A stretch of DNA of 64,000 nucleotides from a virus (IMGVR_UViG_3300008267_000006:47488-111487); one strand, 5' to 3'; shown: positions 47,813 through 57,283, counted from the stretch's first letter. The notes: generated from the sequence alone by a model not told the origin. A program made the numbers and translations.

Positions 47813-50455
47813 CTAAATTTCAGGAGCATCATCCGACACCCATGGAAACCAACAACCGCCCCAGTAAACTTTTTTATAGTTTTTTGGACCAATAGTGTCA
47901 GCGACCACAGATCCTTCTTGAATAGAAGTTGGCGCCCACATTATGTCTGTAACATATCCCTTAAAAAGTTGTCTATCTTTATTAATAGAAAATAAAAACA
48001 TTGGTAATTCTAAATAAGAATTTGTAACATCTTTCTGCTTAAGAAAAATAGATGTATTTGAGTTACTTTCATTAATTGTGCCAAATATAGATTTATCTGT
48101 TACGTTTTTAGAATTTTCAGAAAAACTATAAATAGTTGAAACTAAAGGTGTTTGCTGATCTGCATAAGCAGATTTAAATACTGAAAAATAATTTGCACCT
48201 AAATGTTGGCTAATACTTGATGGCACTGTCGACTCAAGATTAGTATCAAAATCACCTTTTTCAGTTGTTTCTGTTGGGTTTCCATCTAAATCACAAAAAA
48301 TTATTTTTGTCAAATCATAAATATCAGTTATTGGAACATCAATATACCATTTATTAAGAGCCGTTTGTTGAATTGATCTTGAACCATTACCAACTTGTGA
48401 ACTTTTTAAAGTTTCTACAATAGCAAGATAGTCTATAGCGTTTGCTGTAGTAATTGTATCATCTGGATTTAACTGTTTAACAGCATTTATAAAGGTAATT
48501 GTAAATGATGCATTTTTCCAAAGTGTTGTTAGACCGGAAGAAAATGTAACATTTGCTCCACTATTAGTTCTAGTTGTAGGTAGAAAGGCTTGTTGGAGTC
48601 CAACATAAAGTCTAACGTATTTATTATTTGATGAATCTGTTTTTTCAAAAATATTTGTATTAAAAAGTGAATGAAAAACTTCTTTTGTTATTACAAGTTT
48701 ATCTCCTTCTATTGTTGTTTTAATTGTCTTAAAAACATCAGCTACTTTTGTTGTATTATTAGTCAACGCATAAAAACAATGTTTTAAAAGTTCTTCTGGG
48801 GCTGTAGTAGTGGCTATGCTCGATAAAGGCACTTGTAAAATTGAACCATTAGAAGTAAATGCTACTCTTTTTTTATCAGTATCGTTTTCTTGATAATAAG
48901 CTGTATATTGTTTACCAGTATTTAAATATTTTATTGAAACCAAGTTTTGATTTTTTGTTCTTTTAGAAAAATTTGATGCAGGTTCTAAAACTTGATTAGA
49001 TTGAATAGAGATAGAATTATTTTCAGTTTCTGATGTAAAACGTTGTGGTGAAGTAATTGTAATCTGGGATGGCATTAGAGAAGTAGGTAAAATATTAGTT
49101 GATTTACATTGCGATAAACTATCTAAAAACAAAGAAGCATCTTTAGGAGAAATGGGGGAATAAATTGGAAAATTCATATACTTTCCTATTTCACCAGAAA
49201 CACCAGCTCTTATTGAAGATATACCATCACTAAAATTATAATTTCTATAGCAAGTATTAAAAAAATTATTTACTGTTGTTTTATTGTTTTTAAAATTACT
49301 TAATTTACTTGTTATATTATTTAAAAATGCGGTATCGGTTGATCCAGATATTAATTCTACTTCATTTCCTAAAGTATTAAAATTAATTGATTTATTGTCA
49401 TATTCATTGCTAGGATCGGAATTAACACAAAAAGTTATTTTAGAAAATTGGTCTGATGGGTTGTTGTTTTGTACTGGTAGCAGACCGAAGCCACTTTTAA
49501 ATTTATTATCTCCAACTTTATATATTTGATATATAAAGTTCCCAAGGTTATCATGATGAAATGCATATTTATACTTTTCTAAATCTACATAATCTATTAT
49601 TTTTTTATTTTTTTCTAGAAAATCAAAGCCCCAACAAACATACCAAGATTTTTCATCATCTTTTCCATTCTTTGGCCTAACTCTTGTAGTAGATGAAGAA
49701 TATTCTGTGCTATTTGTAACTTTTTTTATTTCAGTTCCGTTACTATTACTTGATTTATGAATTGCTATATCAACAAATGATACACATCTTGAAATGTAAT
49801 CTTGTCCATATTTAATAGAATCAGCATCCATATTAAATAAAATATTTTCTGAATCTGTTAAACAAACGCCATCTAATTTAGATATATTTTGTTTATTTTT
49901 CCAAACTTGCGCAGTAGTATTGTCTGGTTTAATTGCATTTGAAATTTTTTCTATAGAAGTGGCTCCTATAAATAATTTCAATTCATTTTGATATTCTACT
50001 TCATCGTAACTAACGACTCCATCGCTTGTTTTTAAATCAACAATCAATCCAGTATTTTTTTTATGAGGAGGTAATGGATATCTACAATCTATTGTTAGAT
50101 AATAAATTTCTGATGTACTAAAATTTCTTTGAAGAGTGACCCAACAATGCTCAGAAGGAGTATATACAAGGCTATCATTAATAAATAATTCTTGTTGAGT
50201 TAAATTATCTGCCATGCTTTTAGGAAATTCTAGGACAGCTGGAGAGGACCAACTTTGAGCAGTATAATATCCATCACTTGCAGAATAAGAAGAGGAAACT
50301 GGTACCCAACCGCTTGATGTTAACTCAGCGTATAGATTCCAAACGTGATATTTCATAAGATCTTTATAACTATAAGTATCAGTATAATTTTCTTGTGCTA
50401 TATTAATTCTTGATAAGGAATCTTTATTAACACTACTTGTCCACTGTAAAATCAT
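47813..50455 (-). CDS. Large putative virion protein
   Basis: 880 aa, Asn/Ser-rich, C-terminal FKG...DI.W...G.WFPW pattern; sits within the fibre array. Confidence 0.6.
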   Translation of the reverse strand: MILQWTSSVNKDSLSRINIAQENYTDTYSYKDLMKYHVWNLYAELTSSGWVPVSSSYSASDGYYTAQSWSSPAVLEFPKSMADNLTQQELFINDSLVYTPSEHCWVTLQRNFSTSEIYYLTIDCRYPLPPHKKNTGLIVDLKTSDGVVSYDEVEYQNELKLFIGATSIEKISNAIKPDNTTAQVWKNKQNISKLDGVCLTDSENILFNMDADSIKYGQDYISRCVSFVDIAIHKSSNSNGTEIKKVTNSTEYSSSTTRVRPKNGKDDEKSWYVCWGFDFLEKNKKIIDYVDLEKYKYAFHHDNLGNFIYQIYKVGDNKFKSGFGLLPVQNNNPSDQFSKITFCVNSDPSNEYDNKSINFNTLGNEVELISGSTDTAFLNNITSKLSNFKNNKTTVNNFFNTCYRNYNFSDGISSIRAGVSGEIGKYMNFPIYSPISPKDASLFLDSLSQCKSTNILPTSLMPSQITITSPQRFTSETENNSISIQSNQVLEPASNFSKRTKNQNLVSIKYLNTGKQYTAYYQENDTDKKRVAFTSNGSILQVPLSSIATTTAPEELLKHCFYALTNNTTKVADVFKTIKTTIEGDKLVITKEVFHSLFNTNIFEKTDSSNNKYVRLYVGLQQAFLPTTRTNSGANVTFSSGLTTLWKNASFTITFINAVKQLNPDDTITTANAIDYLAIVETLKSSQVGNGSRSIQQTALNKWYIDVPITDIYDLTKIIFCDLDGNPTETTEKGDFDTNLESTVPSSISQHLGANYFSVFKSAYADQQTPLVSTIYSFSENSKNVTDKSIFGTINESNSNTSIFLKQKDVTNSYLELPMFLFSINKDRQLFKGYVTDIMWAPTSIQEGSVVADTIGPKNYKKVYWGGCWFPWVSDDAPEI

Positions 50456-50457
50456 TT

Positions 50458-50919
50458 TTATTCCTCTTTTTTCTCTAAATAAACTAAATTTATATTATTT
50501 GGAACAGTTATACTGCTCTCATTTATAGCATACGCAGTTATTAATATTTCTGTATTGTCATAAGTATTAGCAAAATATAACTCTTTTGTAAATAAATCAT
50601 TAAAACCTTTTTCTAAAATACCTTCATAAATATCATCACTAACTATAACTGTTCCGCCTTTCAATTTTGCTTCATATTTTATTTTTAATCTACTAGTTGT
50701 AATTGCTGTTGATGAGTTAACAGAACATTGAAAATTTATATTTGCTTTAAATTCTTTATTTTGCTCAAGTTTTCTAATTAATCTACCTATTACAATATAC
50801 GAACTTTTATCCAAGCCAGAAGATATTTTTTTATCATTAACAAATGGATAAACTGTTTTTGAAACTATTGGTATTATTAAATTAGTCTTAGGGTTTGGTA
50901 TATATCTACTTTTTGACAT
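50458..50919 (-). CDS. Hypothetical protein
   Basis: 153-aa ORF; ACTAATTAAT motif immediately upstream. Confidence 0.6.
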   Translation of the reverse strand: MSKSRYIPNPKTNLIIPIVSKTVYPFVNDKKISSGLDKSSYIVIGRLIRKLEQNKEFKANINFQCSVNSSTAITTSRLKIKYEAKLKGGTVIVSDDIYEGILEKGFNDLFTKELYFANTYDNTEILITAYAINESSITVPNNINLVYLEKKEE

Positions 50920-50935
50920 TTTTATTAATTAGTGT

Positions 50936-52849
50936 TTATTTAAGTTTCCACAACTTCCGGAAATTAATTTCTAATTTATTTTGTTCTGATATTTTTCCTA
51001 TTTCAACAACAAATGAATTTATTGGAATAGAAGAATATAATACACCATCTCCATCTTGTCCTAAATATATTATAGTACCACTTGTTTGCGATATTAAAGA
51101 ATTTGAAAAAAATGTATTTCCATTAACTTGGACAAAAATAGAATTATTGTTGACACTAGAAACTACTCCAATCGGAACTGACGTACTTTTTAATAAATTA
51201 CTTGCTTTTTGTATGCCATCCGTTGTCATACATACGATATCTCCAACATTAAAAGAAGCTGTTGTTGAATAATTACGAATTGGGCTTGCTGGTATTTCTG
51301 AAGCGATTTTACTAATAAGCGAGGCTGTATTTATTAATTTATTAGCATCAATGTCTATCAGACCAGTACCACTACCAGAAATTGAATAAACATCTAGCTC
51401 TACAATATAAGCTTTCGGAGAATATATATTTTGAACATTTATACTTTCTGTAAGAGACAAGACTCCATTGTTAAAAATAATATTTTGTTCATCTACTGGA
51501 ATTAAATTAGAAATACTTGCAATATTTGAAATATTAATATTTGTTAATCCACTTCCATCTCCAACTATCTGCGAAGAACTAAGATAATCTGTTGTTAAAT
51601 ACGGAATATCTAAAACAGTGTTTAAATTAACAGTAACAGTATCGCCAGAAAGAGATGTTAATATTTTATTATCAGAAGAAGTTACATTTGATATTCCGCT
51701 TACTTGTATGGATTGCCCCAATTCAACTCTATTATTATTTATATTTATAAAATTATTTTTTAAAGAGCTATTTTCTATTGAATTAGAATCAATATTTGTT
51801 CCTGGTCCTGTGTAAATACCGTTAAAATTGCCATAAATATTTCCACTTAAAATATTTGAATATATATTATTTGATGAAATATTAACTAGATTTGCTGTAC
51901 TGGCAGAAATAGAATTAATAGATACATTTTCGTTTAATGAAAAAATTTTATAATTTCCAGAATTTAAAATATTAACATTTATATCTGAAGAAGTTATCTG
52001 GACAATTTCAGAATCAACAGATATTGTTCCTGAATTTATTGTTACACCATTCCCTCCAGAAAAAAAAGTTTCTATATAATCATATAAACCACTAATTGAA
52101 TTAATTGATAAATTTTCTATTTCGGAACCATCGCCAATTAATGTTCCACTAACAGTTCCATAAAAAGTGCCGTTATTTATAACTGCATTTTGGATTGTGC
52201 CAGTTAATATATCTATGTTATTAAAAGTAAGTTCTTCATTAAGTAATATATCTTGAACTCGATTTTCAAAATCATTTACTTGAGAGCTAGATAAGTTATA
52301 TAAGTTAGACCCATCTCCATAAAGACTCTCAGCATAAATACTACCAGTAAATGTTCCACTTAAAAAAGAATTAAATAAATTTTTATTATATAAATTATCT
52401 GGTAAATCAGAAGAATATATTGCTCTAAAACTAGCAGTTCCATCGTTATTTTCTGGGGATCCTAAAAATAACGATTTTTCTACTGTATTATATACAATAT
52501 TATATGTTTTTGTACTTCCACTAGAATTATCAATTAAAGAGAATAATTGATTGTTATCTAAAAAAATATTTAAAGATTTAATATTATCTGTTTTTTTTGA
52601 TATCCAAGAACTAGAATCACTAGACCAAGATAAAAAATCTCCATCGCTACCAGATAAAAATACAGGTGGAAGTATTCCATTTCCAAGAAGTAATCGTCCC
52701 GATGGTAATGAATAAGTGCCTAAACCACCATTTTCAACACCTAATATACCAAATTTAACATTTGAAATCGAAACAACATATGGGTTATCAAGAGTTCCTG
52801 ATAAATCATTATCTAATAATATGTTTGATATATTAATTGTAGATGGCAT
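50936..52849 (-). CDS. Asn/Ile-rich modular fibre with C-terminal capsid-cement-like domain
   Basis: DLSG...SNV..G.L.V.NGG module, GDGS.L.N repeats, C-terminal FNVGDIV...A...PIGVV...G domain. Confidence 0.7.
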   Translation of the reverse strand: MPSTINISNILLDNDLSGTLDNPYVVSISNVKFGILGVENGGLGTYSLPSGRLLLGNGILPPVFLSGSDGDFLSWSSDSSSWISKKTDNIKSLNIFLDNNQLFSLIDNSSGSTKTYNIVYNTVEKSLFLGSPENNDGTASFRAIYSSDLPDNLYNKNLFNSFLSGTFTGSIYAESLYGDGSNLYNLSSSQVNDFENRVQDILLNEELTFNNIDILTGTIQNAVINNGTFYGTVSGTLIGDGSEIENLSINSISGLYDYIETFFSGGNGVTINSGTISVDSEIVQITSSDINVNILNSGNYKIFSLNENVSINSISASTANLVNISSNNIYSNILSGNIYGNFNGIYTGPGTNIDSNSIENSSLKNNFININNNRVELGQSIQVSGISNVTSSDNKILTSLSGDTVTVNLNTVLDIPYLTTDYLSSSQIVGDGSGLTNINISNIASISNLIPVDEQNIIFNNGVLSLTESINVQNIYSPKAYIVELDVYSISGSGTGLIDIDANKLINTASLISKIASEIPASPIRNYSTTASFNVGDIVCMTTDGIQKASNLLKSTSVPIGVVSSVNNNSIFVQVNGNTFFSNSLISQTSGTIIYLGQDGDGVLYSSIPINSFVVEIGKISEQNKLEINFRKLWKLK

Positions 52850-52850
52850 T

Positions 52851-53954
52851 TTACTTTGTTTCTGTCACTCTAACAGTTAACAACTTATTATCGCTTGATG
52901 GTTTTATAAAATATCCAAACATAGCTAAAGTTGCTTCAGAGTCAGTTATCGTTAAACTATCTTGAGAATAAACTATATAAGAAAATTCTTCAGGAGCTAT
53001 ATTTTCTTTATCTTCGCTAGCATCGCTTAAATTAAAGCCATTTATTAGCAAATATGGATCTTTATATGATAAACTATTGCTTATAAAAGTACTTGAAGAA
53101 ACTCTTGTATAGATATTATATTCTCTTGATATATAATCAACAGACGAACTAATATTAAAAATAACAGGCGTCGTTTTTCCAGACGAGCTAGAGAGAGAAA
53201 TAAAAAAAGAACCAGAATCTTTTGTATTATATTGATTTATTTTTTCAGAAAAATAGTCTGGTGTTAGATATAAAGTAAAAACAGAGCTAGTTCCGCATGT
53301 TATTAAGGAGTAGTTTTTTCCATATCCAATTTTTGGTTTAATTGCTGCGGGATCATCGCTGCATGTATGATATGAGTGAAAATCTATTAAATCTTTGTAT
53401 TTATAATCAAATAAAGTATAAATAGAAGAATTTTTTTCATATTTATATTCTATATTTAAATCTTTTAGATCTTTTGAATCATCAAATTTTATAGTAATTT
53501 TTGGATTTTCATCATTAGCAACAGAAATATATAAATCTTGTTCAGAATCATTAAAAATAGTTAGATGTTTTTTTGATGGATCATAATTACTAATTCTGAA
53601 AGATCCAAGAGAACTATTATCCCAATCTATATTTTTATATTTTGCATTTGCAAAATCTTTATTTGATATTCTTCTTTTAAAAACTTCTTTAGGTGTATTG
53701 TCTGCTGGGGCTAAAACTATATCTGGAACATCTCCAACTCCAGTGCCTGTTCCACCAGTTGGATCTTTTGCAATCCATGTTTTTAATGTATTATCCCAAG
53801 TCAATACTTGACCTTCAGAACCAGTAATGCATCTTACTGCATCTGTTCCGTTCCCTAAAACTACACCGCCATTTTCTAGAGATGTTTGTCCGGTCCCGCC
53901 ATAATATACCTTAAAAACTGAAGTACTTCTAAGGTTCGGTAAACATATTGACAT
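52851..53954 (-). CDS. Modular fibre-associated protein
   Basis: N-terminal GGTG...GGV..G.GTDAV...GSEG.VLT module nearly identical to that of the 44677 gene. Confidence 0.65.
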   Translation of the reverse strand: MSICLPNLRSTSVFKVYYGGTGQTSLENGGVVLGNGTDAVRCITGSEGQVLTWDNTLKTWIAKDPTGGTGTGVGDVPDIVLAPADNTPKEVFKRRISNKDFANAKYKNIDWDNSSLGSFRISNYDPSKKHLTIFNDSEQDLYISVANDENPKITIKFDDSKDLKDLNIEYKYEKNSSIYTLFDYKYKDLIDFHSYHTCSDDPAAIKPKIGYGKNYSLITCGTSSVFTLYLTPDYFSEKINQYNTKDSGSFFISLSSSSGKTTPVIFNISSSVDYISREYNIYTRVSSSTFISNSLSYKDPYLLINGFNLSDASEDKENIAPEEFSYIVYSQDSLTITDSEATLAMFGYFIKPSSDNKLLTVRVTETK

Positions 53955-54042
53955 TAAGTATTTCTCTTTCTATACCATTTTATGTTTTTTCTTTAAATGT
54001 ACCAATTATAATATATATATGAATACTTTTAAAATTCTACGA

Positions 54043-54051
54043 ATAAATAGT
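54043..54051 (-). promoter_or_regulatory. Putative late promoter ACTATTTAT
   Basis: Recurrent motif just downstream of the terminator at 54063-54100. Confidence 0.6.
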
Positions 54052-54062
54052 CATATAATAAG

Positions 54063-54100
54063 AAAAAGCGACAAGGCATTTCTGCCTTGCCGCTTTTTTT
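54063..54100 (-). terminator. Intrinsic (bidirectional-looking) terminator after the 662-aa gene
   Basis: Minus strand AAAAAGCGGCAAGGCA-GAAA-TGCCTTGTCGCTTTTT; same GGCAGAAATGCC core as the capsid terminator. Confidence 0.85.
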
Positions 54101-54121
54101 GGCTTTAATTAAACTAAATTA

Positions 54122-56110
54122 TTAGTTAACTAGTGAACCGCTTTCTTTAACAGCAATTATACGTACTTTATCAGCGTTGCTCATTGCTGGAGCACTTATT
54201 TCAAATGCTACAACACCAGCAACAGCTTTAACTTGTACTGAAACTAGATCATTGGTCCATGGACCAGTGCTTCCAGCTTGTACTAGTACGTCAACAGTTA
54301 CTTGGTGAATTGCTGAATCAGCAAAGCTTGAAGTAAATGAAGCCATACCATTGTTATCAAAGCTACCTGATGCTAGGTAACGTAGAGCAGCATATGAGCT
54401 ATTGATGTCGCTTGCTTGTTGACCAGCTTTTGCATCTAGGGCACGAATAGCGTCATTGACGTTATATTTGCCAGAAACAATTGGAGTTCCGATATTAAGG
54501 AAGGTTGAACCGCTTAGATTTAAAGCAGCATCCATTCCAACGTCGGCGTGGAAGCCAGCGTCATCTTGGAAATCAGCAACACCGTCAACATTTAGAGTTG
54601 AATCGAAATCAACACCTTGTGCTACGTGCATTGCACCAGCAACATCAACACCTGCTGAAGCGGTAATAGCAGCTCCGAAAGTTGCAATACCGTCTACTGC
54701 TAAGGTGCTGTTCATATCAACTGCACCATCGAAGTTTGCAGCTTGATCAACATCTATTTGACCAGCGATATGAGCATTACCAGTTAGATCTAGACCAGCT
54801 GAAGCTGTTATTGCGCTTGCAAATGAAGCGACACCAGCGATTTGTAGTTGTGCTGAACCACTGATATTGCCTACTGCCTTAACATAACCAGCAGCATCAA
54901 TTGAGCTTTGGAAGTTTGCTGCACCTTGAACGTCTAATTGACCGTTTAGATCTGCATTTCCAGCAACTTTTAATTCAGCTGAACCGCTGATGTCACCAAT
55001 AGCTTTGACATAACCAGCTGCATCAATTGAGCTTTGGAAATTAGCAGCACCTTGAACATCTAATTGTCCATTTAGATCTGCATTTCCAGCGATCTTTAGT
55101 TCGCCTGAGCCACTGATTTCGCCTACTGCTTTAACATAACCAGCTACATCTAGGTCATCAGCTAATGCTAAGTCACCTTTGATGGATACTGCGCTTGAAG
55201 AAACGGCAACAAATGCTGTACCAGCACCTTTTGACATAACAAATGCATCGCCAGCACCATTTTCAGCAAGTACTTTTTCGTTATCTAAACGATATTCTTT
55301 GCCACTTGCTAGATCCATATGTTCGCTTGAGGTCCAAGCAGCAGTAGCTTTTAGCCATTTTAGTTCTTTATCGGTTGCACCCATAACAGTGATACCGGCA
55401 CCATCTGCGGTATCATTGCTTGGCATTGAAGAACTAGCGATTAGAACATTCTTATCTTCTACTCTTAGTTCTTCGGTGTTTAAAAAGGTTCTCTTGCCTT
55501 CTACGAATAGATCGCCGTAGACGGTTAGATCACCAGCGATAGAAGCAGATGCTTGCATGGTAACATTACCAGCAACATCTAGAGTGCTATCGAAGTCTAC
55601 AGCACCATCAACATCTAGAGTTGAATCTAGTTGTGCACCACCTTTTAGATGGGTAAGACCACCGATATTTAGGTTGTCTGAACCGCTGATTTCGCCTACA
55701 GCTTTTACATAACCACCAAAGTCAGCATCGCTAACAACTTGTAGTTTTGCATCTAATTTTGCATCACCAACAACTTCTGCTTTGCCAGCAACACGTAAAC
55801 CAGCTGAAGCAGAAACATCTGAAACAAATGTTGCAACTCCGTCTACATTTAGTGTGCTGTTTAGATCAGCAGCTTGATCTACTGATAATTGACCATTGAT
55901 TGTAGCATTTCCAGCTACGCCTAATGTTGAACCTAGTGTTGCAGCACCGGCGTTCTTGAAAGCACCTGAACCGCTAATTTCACCACCGCCCATTACTTTA
56001 AGATCAGCTCCATCAGTAATAGATACGGCTTTCTTTAGTTGGACCGCCTCTGAGAATTGAGCTTCTCTAGAAGCACTTAATTGCGTTAAAATCTTTAATG
56101 GGTTAGCCAT
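54122..56110 (-). CDS. Long beta-repeat fibre, WxND family member (662 aa), probably abundant
   Basis: MANPLKILT, many (D/N)S.L.V.G.A.F beta-repeats, VEDKN...ADGAGI motif, YNVNDAIRALD, WTNDLVS; SD AAGGAG; capsid-like codon choice. Confidence 0.8.
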   Translation of the reverse strand: MANPLKILTQLSASREAQFSEAVQLKKAVSITDGADLKVMGGGEISGSGAFKNAGAATLGSTLGVAGNATINGQLSVDQAADLNSTLNVDGVATFVSDVSASAGLRVAGKAEVVGDAKLDAKLQVVSDADFGGYVKAVGEISGSDNLNIGGLTHLKGGAQLDSTLDVDGAVDFDSTLDVAGNVTMQASASIAGDLTVYGDLFVEGKRTFLNTEELRVEDKNVLIASSSMPSNDTADGAGITVMGATDKELKWLKATAAWTSSEHMDLASGKEYRLDNEKVLAENGAGDAFVMSKGAGTAFVAVSSSAVSIKGDLALADDLDVAGYVKAVGEISGSGELKIAGNADLNGQLDVQGAANFQSSIDAAGYVKAIGDISGSAELKVAGNADLNGQLDVQGAANFQSSIDAAGYVKAVGNISGSAQLQIAGVASFASAITASAGLDLTGNAHIAGQIDVDQAANFDGAVDMNSTLAVDGIATFGAAITASAGVDVAGAMHVAQGVDFDSTLNVDGVADFQDDAGFHADVGMDAALNLSGSTFLNIGTPIVSGKYNVNDAIRALDAKAGQQASDINSSYAALRYLASGSFDNNGMASFTSSFADSAIHQVTVDVLVQAGSTGPWTNDLVSVQVKAVAGVVAFEISAPAMSNADKVRIIAVKESGSLVN
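54836..55144 (-). repeat. 126-bp (42-aa) tandem duplication, ~2.5 copies
   Basis: acataaccagc recurs at 54882, 55008 and 55134; unit AGYVKA.G.ISGS.ELK.AGNADLNGQLDVQGAANFQSSIDA. Confidence 0.9.
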
Positions 56111-56226
56111 TAAATAATTCTCCTTGCCCCACGGGCTGTTATAATTCTATAAAAAATATGATTTTGCCGCAAAACAAAATCACGCTTTAAATAATTAGTT
56201 TTTTTATTATAAAAAAGCAAATATTT

Positions 56227-57282
56227 TTAGCCAAGGATCATAACGGAGTATTGCCCCTCTTCTATAACCTCACCCATATCGATATCAATATGTTCAGCAT
56301 CACCATAATCAATAGCTACTTCTACCTGATCATAATTACCAAAATTTTCTCTAACTATAACCATGATATCTCTTGAGTTAAAAGAATGTTGCACACTGTA
56401 TTGACTATTAATGCCGTCGCCTATTAAATATACTTCTTTACGTAAAATACTACTTTTTACAAAAGTACCTTGATTTGATTGTTTTTTAACTGGTAGATTT
56501 TTCTTTTCTGCTACAAGAAATACGTTTTCTCTTGGAAATTTTACTTCTACAGCATTTTCTACTTCTTCTATTTGCTTTTTCTCTTGATTTAAACCTTCAC
56601 CTATTAAATAACCAAGAACTTTTACAGTTATTGTAGATTTATATTTTCGCTCTTCTTCATTTAGGCCAGCAATGCTATCTTGTTGAAAATTTTGGTCCAT
56701 AAAACACTCATATCTATGACCATCTTTTTTTATTAAAAAGTAATTTTGTGCCACTCTTGACATAAAAGGCTGAACAATCTCATTCATCTGGGATTGGTAG
56801 TTTGTCAATATGTTTATTTTATATTCAACTGTTACATATATTGGTATAAGAACAGCTTGGTGTTTATAAACTACTTTTTGTTTTTTTCTATTGTTTACAA
56901 AGTTGATTTGACCAGTGTTTCTAAGCGAATCTGCGTTTTCAAAAGTGGAGGTCTTATCTTGATTTAGTATTTTTGTGATAAAAACTCTATCATTTCGTGG
57001 TGATAGGTTTGCTTGCCAAATTCCCTTTTTTTGTGGGTCTTTATTTGTGCTAACTCTATCTATAGAAATAATTGGAGGTATTAGAGATCCATTTTTATCT
57101 CTAATTTCTTTGTTATTTTTTATCTGATATGATCTTTCAGCAGAAGCCCATATAACTGGTACTTTTTGTATACCATTAATTGTATTGCATTCTAAATTTA
57201 AGCCCTCAACATAATCAAGAAATGCTCCATCAATTGTTTCTATGGAGCTAGGAGCGATATTTATAGAGGGATTATTATCCAT
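56227..57282 (-). CDS. Tail terminator / sheath stabiliser (T4 gp15-like) with an extra C-terminal domain
   Basis: KVPVIW...ER, PIISIDR, IPIYVTVEY.INI...QMNEIVQPF pattern. Confidence 0.65.
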   Translation of the reverse strand: MDNNPSINIAPSSIETIDGAFLDYVEGLNLECNTINGIQKVPVIWASAERSYQIKNNKEIRDKNGSLIPPIISIDRVSTNKDPQKKGIWQANLSPRNDRVFITKILNQDKTSTFENADSLRNTGQINFVNNRKKQKVVYKHQAVLIPIYVTVEYKINILTNYQSQMNEIVQPFMSRVAQNYFLIKKDGHRYECFMDQNFQQDSIAGLNEEERKYKSTITVKVLGYLIGEGLNQEKKQIEEVENAVEVKFPRENVFLVAEKKNLPVKKQSNQGTFVKSSILRKEVYLIGDGINSQYSVQHSFNSRDIMVIVRENFGNYDQVEVAIDYGDAEHIDIDMGEVIEEGQYSVMILG

Positions 57283-57283
57283 T

